From an uncultured Gammaproteobacteria bacterium (GTDB lineage Bacteria > Patescibacteriota > Patescibacteriia > UBA11705 > DATKZF01): a stretch of 64,000 nt of DNA. The stretch lies in the NCBI GenBank assembly GCA_964411255.1, contig CAYPKD010000001.1, forward strand, positions 7,331 to 71,330, read 5' to 3'. Position 1 is the stretch's first letter. Each line of letters begins with the position of its first letter. Positions 51,216-61,444 of the stretch are shown here, in pieces. The position numbers were made by a program, and so were the translations under genes. The notes below the pieces were generated by a model, which worked only from the letters and a program-made list of their open reading frames with translations, was not told where the DNA came from and searched no databases.

Positions 51216-51416
51216 TTATTTTCTAAAATATTTATCGTAAATCTTAATCGAATAATATAATACAAATCCTCCCAGAACTGGCCCGATTAATATTCCCCAA
51301 AGGCCAATTAAAAACAATGATGTAAAACAGATCAAAACGCATAAAAGACAGGCAACTAATACGATCCAAAAATCTTTGACTCCCCTGTCCATGATTCTCC
51401 CCCTCTTTTGAACCAC
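51216..51416 (-). CDS. Small membrane protein (66 aa), paralogous to C-half of 51596..51916
   Basis: Two predicted TM helices; GAGGGGGAG RBS; preceded by structured ~140-nt repeat. Confidence 0.45.
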   Translation of the reverse strand: MVQKRGRIMDRGVKDFWIVLVACLLCVLICFTSLFLIGLWGILIGPVLGGFVLYYSIKIYDKYFRK

Positions 51417-51433
51417 TTTACTTTAATACAAAT

Positions 51434-51573
51434 AAAAAAAGAGGTCAAGCGGCCTCGCCTTTGTCATTTCGACCGAAGTGGAGAAATCTAATAAACTGTT
51501 GGCCGCTTTAATTAGATCTCTCGATTCCACTGCGCTGCGCTCGAGATGACAGTTTAGGGCGGCCAAATAAAAA
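51434..51573 (-). ncRNA. Structured ~140-nt leader/sRNA-like element, copy 1
   Basis: Long imperfect inverted repeat (TGTCATYTCGA...TCGAGATGACA); ends on minus strand with GC hairpin plus U-run; near-identical copy at 52036..52180. Confidence 0.4.
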
Positions 51574-51595
51574 ACCGCAGAAATGTTCTACGGAT

Positions 51596-51916
51596 CTATT
51601 TTACTCCCACCAATTCTCTGCTAAACTCCTTCCAGTCAAGATGCTGAACAATATTCCAGATAACATAATCTGAAATAATCAAACCTCCGAGTGTACACAG
51701 CAAAGGAATGGACAGAGTCCAAAAAGCTGGAACAGCCAGGCCAATAAAAGATAAAATGGCAAAAATTGTATAAATGTTCACAAATTTATCTCTTCTGCTA
51801 CTCATCTTTTCGATCTTTTCCCAATAATATATCCGACTACCATAGTCAAAACAGACATTACGATAATTCCAAACTTTTCCCAGCTTGGAGAGTGGATAAA
51901 CCATATACCTAAACAA
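51596..51916 (-). CDS. Small membrane protein (106 aa)
   Basis: Hydrophobic C-half similar to the 66-aa protein; preceded by repeat copy 2. Confidence 0.45.
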   Translation of the reverse strand: MFRYMVYPLSKLGKVWNYRNVCFDYGSRIYYWEKIEKMSSRRDKFVNIYTIFAILSFIGLAVPAFWTLSIPLLCTLGGLIISDYVIWNIVQHLDWKEFSRELVGVK

Positions 51917-52035
51917 ATATACATAACAATAAGCATAGCTAAAAATTTCTTAGCCATTTCTTTGTCTCTCATGCTTGCCTCCTTTGGGCATTGCAGGTTT
52001 TCATGTTAATGAACCTCAATAAAATTTAGCATAAA

Positions 52036-52180
52036 TAAAAGAAATGTCAAGCGGCCTCGCCTCATTTGTCATTTCGACCGAAGTGGAGAAATCTAATAAA
52101 CCGTTGACCGCTTCAGTAAGCTCTCTCGACTCCGCTACGCTGCGCTCGAGATGACAATCCAGGGCGGCCAAATAAAAAAG
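52036..52180 (-). ncRNA. Structured ~140-nt leader/sRNA-like element, copy 2 (truncated third start at ~52175..52210)
   Basis: ~85% identical to 51434..51573, including outer inverted repeat and terminal hairpin. Confidence 0.4.
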
Positions 52181-52306
52181 AGGTCAAGCGACCCCGTTTT
52201 TGTTGTAAGGCATAGCGGCCCGTATAGGCATAGTTGTAAGTTGTAGTTATTCCAACAACAACGCCTTAAAACCATACTGGCTGCCATGCCTTAAACATAC
52301 AACCAA

Positions 52307-53950
52307 TCACAGCATCCCCTTCTCTGCATTCTCCATACTGGCCTTTATAAAAGCATTAAACAACGGATGGCCCGTAAATGGCCTGGATTTAAATTCAGGA
52401 TGAAACTGAGTGCCTATAAAAAACGGATGGTCTGGTACTTCGATAATTTCAACCAATTTTCGGTCAGGAGATTCTCCGGCAAGTAATAATCCATTTTGCT
52501 CCAGTATTCCCCGATAATCATTATTTAATTCATATCGATGCCGATGACGCTCTGAAATATCTTCAATACCATAGGCTTTGAAACTTTTTGAATTTTTATT
52601 TAAAACACACGGATATGCGCCTAAACGCATTGTTGATCCATAATTATGCTCTTTAATATTTTCAATCTGCTCTGGCATAATATCAATTACTTTTGTCTCT
52701 GCATTTTCATCCATTTCACAAGTGGTGGCATTTGTTAATCCACATACATTTCTGGCAAATTCAATGGTCGCCAGCTGCATTCCATAACATAATCCAAAAT
52801 ATGGAATTTTATTTTCCCTCACAAACTGAATCGCTTTTATCTTTCCTTCAATACCTCGTGTTCCAAAGCCGCCTGGCACAATAACTCCTGCGTATTTTTT
52901 AAGTTCTTCAAGACGATTTGAATTTTCTTCATAATCTTCTGATCCCAGCCAGTCAATATCAGGCTTTACACCATGCATCCAGCAGGCATGCTTGATTGCT
53001 TCAATTACACTTATATATGAATCAGATAGAACAAAATCTCCAATATTAAAATATTTTCCTACAATGCCGATCTTTAGTGACTTGTCTGAGCTTTTTATCC
53101 TTTTCATTAACTCTTCCCATTCATTCAATCCAGCATACTCTTCTTTTGATTCTAAACCGAATTTTTTTAAAATTTTATTGCTAAAATGTTCTTTTTCAAA
53201 ATTAATTGGAACTTCATAGATATAATCAATATCTGGCGCAGATATAATATTATCAAAAGGTAAACTACCATTGGTTGCGATTTTTCGTTTTCGTACCTCA
53301 TCCAAAGACACTTCTGACCGGCATAGCACAAAATCAGGCTGAATACCTGCGGAATTTAATGTTCGAATCGCATACTGAGTCGGCTTTGTTTTCATTTCGC
53401 CCACTTTACTTGGGATCGGCAGATAAGTTACCAAAACAAATGCAACATCATTTGTATTTTTTAATTTCATCATTCTAGCTGCTTCCAAAAACAATAAATT
53501 TTGATATTCACCCACAGTTCCGCCAATTTCAATTATCATAATCTCAGATTCTGTCTCTTTCGTTGCCTGCTGCACCCGATCAATGATCTCATAAGGAATA
53601 TGAGGCACTACTTCCACGCATTTACCGTCATATTGTAAATTTCTCTCTTTACTAATAACAGACTGGTATACTCTACCAGTCGTCATATAATTTGTAGCGC
53701 AAATATTTGTATCTAAAAATCTCTCATAATTGCCAATATCCTGATCTGTTTCATCACCATCATCAGTTACAAAAACTTCGCCATGCTCAGTCGGATTCAT
53801 AGTGCCGGCATCAACATTAATATACGGGTCCATTTTTATGGCAGAAACTTCAAAACCTTTGGCTTTTAAAATCGCGCCAATAGACGCTGTTGCCACGCCT
53901 TTGCCCACTCCTGACATTACCCCCCCTACTACAAAAATGAATTTTGCCAT
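52307..53950 (-). CDS. pyrG: CTP synthase
   Basis: MAKFIFVVGGVMSGVGKG N-terminus; C-terminal GATase (GLCYGMQ, HPEF). Confidence 0.9.
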   Translation of the reverse strand: MAKFIFVVGGVMSGVGKGVATASIGAILKAKGFEVSAIKMDPYINVDAGTMNPTEHGEVFVTDDGDETDQDIGNYERFLDTNICATNYMTTGRVYQSVISKERNLQYDGKCVEVVPHIPYEIIDRVQQATKETESEIMIIEIGGTVGEYQNLLFLEAARMMKLKNTNDVAFVLVTYLPIPSKVGEMKTKPTQYAIRTLNSAGIQPDFVLCRSEVSLDEVRKRKIATNGSLPFDNIISAPDIDYIYEVPINFEKEHFSNKILKKFGLESKEEYAGLNEWEELMKRIKSSDKSLKIGIVGKYFNIGDFVLSDSYISVIEAIKHACWMHGVKPDIDWLGSEDYEENSNRLEELKKYAGVIVPGGFGTRGIEGKIKAIQFVRENKIPYFGLCYGMQLATIEFARNVCGLTNATTCEMDENAETKVIDIMPEQIENIKEHNYGSTMRLGAYPCVLNKNSKSFKAYGIEDISERHRHRYELNNDYRGILEQNGLLLAGESPDRKLVEIIEVPDHPFFIGTQFHPEFKSRPFTGHPLFNAFIKASMENAEKGML

Positions 53951-54023
53951 ATGTTATTAGGGAGTAGATCGGTAGTATACATATATCCTACCAATCTACT
54001 TTTCTACTGATCTACCAATCTAA

Positions 54024-54464
54024 TCACTCTGCTTTTGCTTCTAAATCAATCTGTACTACTTTATCACCAGACTGAATGTTTATATTATAATTTCCAGCTT
54101 TTTTTATAGACTCTTCTAATTTTATTTGTTTTGTTTTTACAGGTAAATTTTTCTTATTTAATTCTGCAGCAATTTTATCAGCAGTGATACCAGCAAAAAA
54201 TGTGCCGTTTTCATCTGCTTTTGAACTCATTTCTAATTTCAATCCCTGCAGCTGATCTGCCAAACTTTGCATATCAACTTTTCCCTTTTTTTTCACTGAC
54301 TGATGTCTTTTTTTCATCGCCTGAGCTTTAGCCACCTCAGCTTCAGTAGCCATTTTTGCCATTTTATGTGGAATTAAAAAATTTCTAGCATACCCGTCTG
54401 CTACCTGCTTAACATCGCCAATCTGGCCTAATTTTGGATCATTTTTTATTAAAACTATCTTCAT
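54024..54464 (-). CDS. rplI: 50S ribosomal protein L9
   Basis: MKIVLIKNDPKLGQIGDVKQVADGYARNFLIPHKMA. Confidence 0.85.
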   Translation of the reverse strand: MKIVLIKNDPKLGQIGDVKQVADGYARNFLIPHKMAKMATEAEVAKAQAMKKRHQSVKKKGKVDMQSLADQLQGLKLEMSSKADENGTFFAGITADKIAAELNKKNLPVKTKQIKLEESIKKAGNYNINIQSGDKVVQIDLEAKAE

Positions 54465-54583
54465 ATTTACAATAGTTCTTAGTTCTATAGTTCTATGGTT
54501 CTTAATTTTGAATACTTTGTCTTTTTCTTGTTCTAACTATAGAACAATAGAACTATATAACTCCACATTAGCTTAACATTAAA

Positions 54584-55321
54584 TTATTTTTTATGCAAAA
54601 ATTCTTTATAATACAGACTTGCAGCTACAACACAAGCTGGTAAAAATATCAAGTTAAATACTGGAATCAATGAACCTATTAATGCTCCCAATCCAAAGCC
54701 TAACATTGACCAACGATGCTTTTTCCATGCTGCCAGCTTATGATCAAATGTCCATTCACGCTTATCAAACTCAAAATCTAAAAATTCCATTGCCAAAAAC
54801 CACGAGGTAATCAAAATATTTATAATCGTTATTATGGTTGCGCCAATTAATGGAAATAGACTTATTAGAAGCAGCATTATTTGAGAAGCAAGAAAAATTA
54901 AAATCCGTTTTATTCCCCCACCCAAAGATTCCCATAAAATTATAATATTTTCTTTGGTGGTGTGTTTTCTTTCTTCTTCATCTATTTTTAATATCTTTGA
55001 TGTCTTTCTGGATAAAAATTCATAAAAGGGCGATCCAAAAATATTGGTCAAAGCAACAAAAGTAAATAGCATTAAAAATAAAATTAATATCACACCGACT
55101 CCAATAATCAAATAATATAATATTTTCTCAAACCATACATCCAATGATAAAAAATTCAAAGAACTGCTGGTAAAGCTGATAAAAAAATAGATAATGACAG
55201 CGTAAATAGCAAAATTTATTAAAACAGGAAATCCAACATAAGCTAATAATTTTTTATTGCTAAATAAAAATCGTAATCCCTTAAACGGTAGCACAAATCC
55301 TTTGGATATCTGATCAAACAT
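54584..55321 (-). CDS. Polytopic membrane protein (EI24/CysZ-like, weak)
   Basis: Multiple TM helices; loose resemblance to CysZ/EI24. Confidence 0.4.
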   Translation of the reverse strand: MFDQISKGFVLPFKGLRFLFSNKKLLAYVGFPVLINFAIYAVIIYFFISFTSSSLNFLSLDVWFEKILYYLIIGVGVILILFLMLFTFVALTNIFGSPFYEFLSRKTSKILKIDEEERKHTTKENIIILWESLGGGIKRILIFLASQIMLLLISLFPLIGATIITIINILITSWFLAMEFLDFEFDKREWTFDHKLAAWKKHRWSMLGFGLGALIGSLIPVFNLIFLPACVVAASLYYKEFLHKK

Positions 55322-55421
55322 ATATATAAAAACAAGACAAGCGAAACAAGTAAAACAAGCGACATAAGTTAGACATTCATATACTTGTCTTGCTCGTCTT
55401 GCTAGTCTCGCTTGTCTTGCT

Positions 55422-56639
55422 TTATTGTTCTTTTAATATTTCTAATGCCCTATCTAACTGCGGATCCAAATCATTTTCAAAATCTTCCCTGGTATATTCA
55501 ACCTCTTCATCAGGCGATACACCTTCTTCGCTAATGGAAATGCCGTTTGGCGTCAGCCATTTGGCAATAGTGATCTTTAATGAAGAACCGTCAGATAAAG
55601 TTTGTAAATTTTGTACTGAACCTTTTCCAAAAGTTTGTTCACCAACCAATGTCGCCTTTTCATAATCTTTTAATGCGCCGGCTACAATTTCTGAGCCTGA
55701 AGCACTTCCTCTGTCAATTAAAACAACCGTTGGGATATTTGTAAAGTCAGAAGTTCCTTTGGCTTTATATTCAATAACAGTTCCGTCTCCGAATTTTTCA
55801 CTCACCACTACATTACTGTTTTCAACCCAGGCTGAGGCTACAAATATTGCACTGTCCAGCAAGCCTCCTGGATTATTTCTCATATCCAAAACTATGCCCT
55901 TCACATTCTTTGATTTCATTTCCTCAACCGCTTTTTGAAATAAGGAATTTGTATCTGTATTAAAGTTTGAAATTTCAATATAGGCAATATTTCCATCCTT
56001 AATTTCAGTTTTTACACTCTGTATATAAATAACGTCCCGAGTAACTTCAACATCAAATGGCTCAGTGTCTTCCCTGACAATTGACAAAGTTACAACTGTG
56101 CCTTTTTCTCCGCGAATACGTTGTACTGCTTCTGAAACAGTCAGATCTGTGGCGTCTTCGCCGTCAATCGCATAAACTTTATCTCCAGCTTTTATTCCAG
56201 CTCTTTCCGCAGGAGAATCTGATAATGGCGCCACAATTACAATAAATCCTCCTTTTTGGGCAATCTCTGCCCCAATTCCCTGAAATTTTCCGTCAATATC
56301 TTCATTAAATTCTTTTGTTTTTTTAGGAGTCATAAAAACCGTATAAGGATCTTCTAATCCAGCCACTAACCCAGACATCATTGTATTAAACATTTTCTGA
56401 TTGTCTATCTTTTCTTTATCCACATAATCACGGTCTATAATTTTTAAAATTTCATCCATTATAGAAAAGTTGAACTCTTCAGGATACTTGCTGCTTTTCA
56501 ATTTAGTTTTTGACAAAACTGACTTATCTGTATGACTTACTTTTCCAGCAAAAAAGCCTCCCAGGCCTGACGCAATTATTAAAATAATAACAACCAATAC
56601 AACCAGCCATTTATTTGATTTTTTTCTTTGTAACTTCAT
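55422..56639 (-). CDS. S41 family C-terminal processing peptidase
   Basis: N-terminal TM, PDZ domain, GIVLDMRNNPGGLL and LIDRGSASGSEI motifs. Confidence 0.8.
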   Translation of the reverse strand: MKLQRKKSNKWLVVLVVIILIIASGLGGFFAGKVSHTDKSVLSKTKLKSSKYPEEFNFSIMDEILKIIDRDYVDKEKIDNQKMFNTMMSGLVAGLEDPYTVFMTPKKTKEFNEDIDGKFQGIGAEIAQKGGFIVIVAPLSDSPAERAGIKAGDKVYAIDGEDATDLTVSEAVQRIRGEKGTVVTLSIVREDTEPFDVEVTRDVIYIQSVKTEIKDGNIAYIEISNFNTDTNSLFQKAVEEMKSKNVKGIVLDMRNNPGGLLDSAIFVASAWVENSNVVVSEKFGDGTVIEYKAKGTSDFTNIPTVVLIDRGSASGSEIVAGALKDYEKATLVGEQTFGKGSVQNLQTLSDGSSLKITIAKWLTPNGISISEEGVSPDEEVEYTREDFENDLDPQLDRALEILKEQ

Positions 56640-56654
56640 ATATTAAATACGCAT

Positions 56655-57914
56655 TTAATCCTTAGTCCGCGTTATTTTGGCTCCTAACTTTCGAAGCCGC
56701 TGCTCAACTTTTGAATAACCGCGGTCAATTTGATAAATATTATCGATTTCAGTTTTTCCTTCAGCAATTAAGGCCGCAATTATTAATGCAAATCCTGCTC
56801 GTAAATCCGGGCTGGCTAACTTTCTGCCATATAATTTTTGTGGGCCACTGACAATTACTCTGTACGGATCACACATGATAATATTTGCGCCCATTTGATT
56901 TAATAAATCAGTATAAAATAATCTGCCCTCAAATACAGTTTCATGAACCAGGCTCAGTCCTTTTGCCTGAGTTAATAAAACCGTAAATGGCGGCTGAATA
57001 TCTGTGGCAAACCCAGGGTATTCATGAGTTTGAATATTTGCGGATTTTAAATTATTATCTCCCCAGACTGTAACCGAGTCAGCTCCCAGTTTATATTTAA
57101 CACCCATTTTATCAAATATGACCCAGAGCGATTCTAAATGTTCAGGCATACAATTGGTTACTTTGATTTTGCCTCCTGCTAATGCTCCCAGAATGGCAAA
57201 ACTGCCAGCTTCAATTCTGTCAGGAATTACTTTATACGTATCACCGCCGAGACATTCCACTCCTTCAATAACAATGGTCGGCGTACCTGCACCACAAATT
57301 TTTGCACCACAGCCATTTAAAAATTCTGCCAAAGCATATATTTCAGGTTCACAAGCAGCATTTTTAATCACAGTCGTTCCTTCTGCTAAAGTAGCGGTCA
57401 TCATCATTGCTTCAGTTACAGTAACAGAAATCTTTGGTAATACTATTTTTGCTCCGCGCAGCCTTCCTTTTGTTTTAAATTCATAAAATCCTTTTGTTTC
57501 TGAAAACTGAGCTCCAAATTTTTTAAATCCGTCTATAAATAAATCTATTGGCCTCTTACCAATGGCGCATCCTCCTGGATGAGGCATTTTAATATGGCCC
57601 CGGCGAACAAGCATTGGACCAATCAATAAAACTGATACTCTGATTTTTCGAACCAAATCAGGATCTAATCTATATTTGCTAACTTCTTTTGTCTGAAGGG
57701 AAATGGTTGAACCTTTTTTCTTTACCCGGGTGCCTGCTGAATCAACCAATTCTAAAAGACGTGAAATTTCTTCAATCTCAGGGGCATTTTCAATAATCAC
57801 CTCTTCATCAGTAAGCAAAGAAGCGGCAATTGCCTTTAGAGCTGCATTTTTAGCGCCGTTTACTTTAATTTCACCATTTAATTTGTATCCGCCTTGTATT
57901 GAAAACTTTGACAT
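56655..57914 (-). CDS. murA: UDP-N-acetylglucosamine 1-carboxyvinyltransferase
   Basis: MSKFSIQGGYKLNGEIKVNGAKNAAL N-terminus; C-terminal KLGAKI. Confidence 0.85.
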   Translation of the reverse strand: MSKFSIQGGYKLNGEIKVNGAKNAALKAIAASLLTDEEVIIENAPEIEEISRLLELVDSAGTRVKKKGSTISLQTKEVSKYRLDPDLVRKIRVSVLLIGPMLVRRGHIKMPHPGGCAIGKRPIDLFIDGFKKFGAQFSETKGFYEFKTKGRLRGAKIVLPKISVTVTEAMMMTATLAEGTTVIKNAACEPEIYALAEFLNGCGAKICGAGTPTIVIEGVECLGGDTYKVIPDRIEAGSFAILGALAGGKIKVTNCMPEHLESLWVIFDKMGVKYKLGADSVTVWGDNNLKSANIQTHEYPGFATDIQPPFTVLLTQAKGLSLVHETVFEGRLFYTDLLNQMGANIIMCDPYRVIVSGPQKLYGRKLASPDLRAGFALIIAALIAEGKTEIDNIYQIDRGYSKVEQRLRKLGAKITRTKD

Positions 57915-57999
57915 AAAAAATTGCATAATATGTAAACATTATGGCATAAATTTTAAAAAAAATAAAGAGGGCCTAAACAGCCCTCTTTTTATATAAATC

Positions 58000-60900
58000 T
58001 TACAATTCTGCAAAATAATCTTCACTTCTTTCAACAGTACTCCCAATACCAAACTTTTTAGCATATACTGAAGTTATCCCATCAGCTTTATTATCTGCAT
58101 ATTCTTTTAATGTCATATCAGTTCTGACAATGCCAACTTTTACTGTTTTTGATGGGTCATCTAAATAATCAACTTTTGCACGAAGCATGCCTTGCATATT
58201 GGCAACCCGCCTGTTCATAGCATCTTCAAATTTTGCCCAGCCAGCTGTGCCTTTATATCTAGATCTATATTCTGCTAAATTTTCTTTTAACTCTGCGATC
58301 GCTCCTCTCTCAGCCTTCATGTCTCTTAAAAAAGCTGCCCGTTGCTCAGGCGTATATTTATCTAAAAATTTTACTCCGCCCTGTTCAATAACTTTACCGC
58401 TTGGAACAGGCGCAGCTTCAGCCACTTCTTCTGCTGGTGCTGTTGGTTCTAATCCTTCAGCGGCTGCTGCTTCAGCAGCTTCCCTAGCTGCTTTGGCTGC
58501 AGCAATCTTTTCATCTAAACCTGGTGGCGGTACTGTTTGTGATTCAGCACCAGTAAACCATCTTGTAAGCTGGCCTTGCATTTCCTCATCAAAGGTTTTC
58601 GGACCTTTTTCAGAAAATGCCCATTCTAATTGTTTTAGCATTTCCTCATCAAAAGTTTTTGGACCCTTTTCTGAAAATGCCCATTCTAGCTGTTTTAGCA
58701 CTTCTTCATCAAAAGTTTTTGGACCCTTTTCTGAAAATGCCCACTCAAGCTGCTTATACATGGTTGCCCGAAGTTTTTCTTCTGGGGTCATTGGCAAATG
58801 ACGAGGGACAATCTCTTTTGGCCCAAATTTATCCTGATAATCTTCCAGGGATAAAGCTACTCCTTTTGGAGTTAATCTTTGTACTTCAACATGTAATGCG
58901 CCATCATCTGCTCTGACAACGCTTATTTGATCACCTGGTTTTACAGTATACGCCCCTTCCCAAACATCCTTGCTCGTATCATATCCCAGCTCTTTTAATT
59001 TTTCTAATCTCCATGCACGAACTGCTTTAGCATCTCCGATTTCTGATTTTAAACTTGGATTTTCTTCTAATATTCTATTAATTCCTTTAATCATTCCCTC
59101 ACCTTTCTGCAAAGATGTTACTCCTTCAGCTGATGGTGATAATTCCAATCGAGGTAAAGGCTCAGCAAATTCTTCAGGCATTTCTACTTCTGGTCCAATT
59201 TCTGTGGAAGCTGATGTTACTGGCGGCATTTTAGCTTCTGCGCTAGCAATCCTGGCCATAGAATCTTGTTCTATTCCAAGCGTTTGTAATTTTTTTCCAG
59301 TAATACCTGCATCAGCTGGTTCTCCAATAAAGCCTGTTTCTTTTAGAAGCCACCTTACTCCGCCGCTACCCACAAAAGAACCAATTCCAGCAGCCACTAC
59401 TTTCATTACTCTATCATTTTTCTTTGCTTTTTTTCTTCTCTTCTCAATCTCATCTAAATCGCCTTTGGCCATTTCTAATAATTTTGCATTTACTGCCAAA
59501 GCTTTATCTGCCAGATCTTTTTGCTCCATTTGTTCTTGAGATTCTCTCATTATTGCCTCGGCTTTATTATTAGCCAAATTTTGAATATTTTCATTTTCTT
59601 TTATTAAAGCAATAAGCTTTTTCTCATACTCTGGTTTTAGCCCAATACCTTCTTTTGTTTTAGAAAGCGCATCCATTGGATTAACAAACAAATTATTCTT
59701 TTCTTGAAATTGAATTATAATATCATCAACATCTGTCTGATCTCCAATCTCTTTGCTTAATTGGTCAATTTCTAGTGAAAGTCTTTCAGCATGATTTCTA
59801 ATTAGATTTTTTTCTTTTTTTGTTTTTGCTTTTTTATATGCTTGTTTTTCACCTTTAAATGCTACTAATAATTTCAATTCTCTAACTACAAGTTCTTGAA
59901 TATATTCCTGATGTTCTCTAAAAACTTCTTCTTTTGTTTTTTCATACATTTCACTTTCAGGTTCTTCACCTTCTCTTTTTGCCAGTTCAACAACATTTAA
60001 ATTTTCATTCAATCGTCTGCCATATTCTCTTTTTAAAACTTTATATGCTGGGATTTCAGATGGTTTTTTTCCATTCATTGGCCCGACCGCTTCAAAATAT
60101 TCCAGCCGCTTTCTCAAATCTTCATCTGACATTTCTCGCGCCTCATTTGATTTAACTTCTTTGCCCAATTTTTTATTAGCTATCATTTTCATTAAATCAT
60201 AAGAACCGATTCCAGCGCCCAGTCCACCCATTGCCCTGCGGGCCACAAACATGCCAGCAGCTGTTCCTGCTGCGCCAACTGCTGCTAATGCAGAACCACC
60301 AGCAACAAGGCCAGCGCCAATTAATGTTCGCACACTGGCTGCCCTGGCAATCATTTTTCCTATCTTACTTTTTGGCTTTATTCCAAGTTTAGTTAAATTC
60401 CAGTCTCCAAGCTTTTTATAAGCGTCATATATTTTCCTGCCAAATCCTCGTTCTTTTTGAAAAGCATCAGCCTGAGCATCTGCCAGTTTCATACTTTCCT
60501 CTAAATGCCTTTCAACCTTTCCGGCTACAAATTCAGCCCTGGCTTCTAAATATTTATCTTTTGAATATTCTACTTCAGCTTCTGCATCTACTGCAGCAAC
60601 TTTATTTTTCAAACGCCTTAATGCACCCCGAATACCTTCATATTTTTTTAATTTTGCCTTGGCTGCAGAAAACTTTTCGCGCGCCTTATCTAATACTGAT
60701 TTTTTTTCTAAATCTTCTGCGCTTAAAATTTCCTCAACTTCTTCTTTAAATTCTGCTTCTGCTTTTTCTGCCTTACCGACTAATTCTTTTTCTTCTTCCT
60801 CAAGTTCATCTGCTGCTTTTTCCCATCCCTTTTTACCTCGAAGACTGGCAAATCTATTCTTCATTGAAGACAAAAACCCTTTCTTTTTCTTAGCAATTGT

Positions 60901-61407
60901 TTCCTCCATTTCTTCAGCCACATCTTCTGCTGCTCTTTTTTCCAAAACAGCTTCTTTTTCAATCATTGTCTTATCAAGCTCTATCCCTTTTTCCTTGGCT
61001 GCTTCTAATATTTTTTTTCTGAGATTTTTTTCTGTTTGTTCAATTAATTTTGCTACTTCTGGATCCTCTTTATCAATTTCTTGTACAGGTTTCTTTTTCC
61101 GCTGAGCCTCTTTACCAAGCTTCATTATTAAATTTTCTTCTTCCTTTCTGATTAATCTTTCCAAATCGCTTTCTTCAATAACATCCTTTTTACCCTCTTT
61201 TTTATTTTTTAATGATGCTGCCATTATTTGTCTTTGAAGCTTTGCAGTATCAGCTTTTATCATTTCAGATATTTCTGCAATTTGCGGCTCAGCAGCTGTT
61301 TCTTCCATTTCTTCAGCTGCTTTCTTTTCCAAAGCAGCTTCCTTTTCGCTTTGCTCCTCCTCTTCTATTTTTCTAACCATCTTTTCAAATTTTTTTGATC
61401 CTGGCAT
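58000..61407 (-). CDS. Large (1135 aa) Glu/Lys-rich coiled-coil protein with central Gly/Ala-rich TM segment and internal tandem repeats
   Basis: Very high E/K content; GAGLVAGGSALAAVGAAGTAAGMFVARRAMGGLGAGIGS; three tandem FDEE(V/M)LKQLEWAFSEKGPKT units. Confidence 0.6.
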   Translation of the reverse strand: MPGSKKFEKMVRKIEEEEQSEKEAALEKKAAEEMEETAAEPQIAEISEMIKADTAKLQRQIMAASLKNKKEGKKDVIEESDLERLIRKEEENLIMKLGKEAQRKKKPVQEIDKEDPEVAKLIEQTEKNLRKKILEAAKEKGIELDKTMIEKEAVLEKRAAEDVAEEMEETIAKKKKGFLSSMKNRFASLRGKKGWEKAADELEEEEKELVGKAEKAEAEFKEEVEEILSAEDLEKKSVLDKAREKFSAAKAKLKKYEGIRGALRRLKNKVAAVDAEAEVEYSKDKYLEARAEFVAGKVERHLEESMKLADAQADAFQKERGFGRKIYDAYKKLGDWNLTKLGIKPKSKIGKMIARAASVRTLIGAGLVAGGSALAAVGAAGTAAGMFVARRAMGGLGAGIGSYDLMKMIANKKLGKEVKSNEAREMSDEDLRKRLEYFEAVGPMNGKKPSEIPAYKVLKREYGRRLNENLNVVELAKREGEEPESEMYEKTKEEVFREHQEYIQELVVRELKLLVAFKGEKQAYKKAKTKKEKNLIRNHAERLSLEIDQLSKEIGDQTDVDDIIIQFQEKNNLFVNPMDALSKTKEGIGLKPEYEKKLIALIKENENIQNLANNKAEAIMRESQEQMEQKDLADKALAVNAKLLEMAKGDLDEIEKRRKKAKKNDRVMKVVAAGIGSFVGSGGVRWLLKETGFIGEPADAGITGKKLQTLGIEQDSMARIASAEAKMPPVTSASTEIGPEVEMPEEFAEPLPRLELSPSAEGVTSLQKGEGMIKGINRILEENPSLKSEIGDAKAVRAWRLEKLKELGYDTSKDVWEGAYTVKPGDQISVVRADDGALHVEVQRLTPKGVALSLEDYQDKFGPKEIVPRHLPMTPEEKLRATMYKQLEWAFSEKGPKTFDEEVLKQLEWAFSEKGPKTFDEEMLKQLEWAFSEKGPKTFDEEMQGQLTRWFTGAESQTVPPPGLDEKIAAAKAAREAAEAAAAEGLEPTAPAEEVAEAAPVPSGKVIEQGGVKFLDKYTPEQRAAFLRDMKAERGAIAELKENLAEYRSRYKGTAGWAKFEDAMNRRVANMQGMLRAKVDYLDDPSKTVKVGIVRTDMTLKEYADNKADGITSVYAKKFGIGSTVERSEDYFAEL
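58579..58758. repeat. Three tandem 60-bp repeats (~95% identical) in frame within the 1135-aa gene
   Basis: Units CATTTCCTCATCAAARGTTTTYGGACCYTTTTCWGAAAATGCCCAYTCWARYTGYTTWWR; match to the quoted 20-aa protein repeat was inferred, not re-derived base by base. Confidence 0.8.
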
Positions 61408-61444
61408 ATTTTTAGTTTATTTTTAATAAAAGTCTATCGAAAAT

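Noticed and set aside
58187-59539. Plus-strand ORFs of 204/189/99 aa inside the 1135-aa minus-strand gene
   Set aside because: Low-complexity Ser/Ala/Phe-rich translations antisense to a highly biased Glu/Lys coding sequence, which are reading-frame artefacts.
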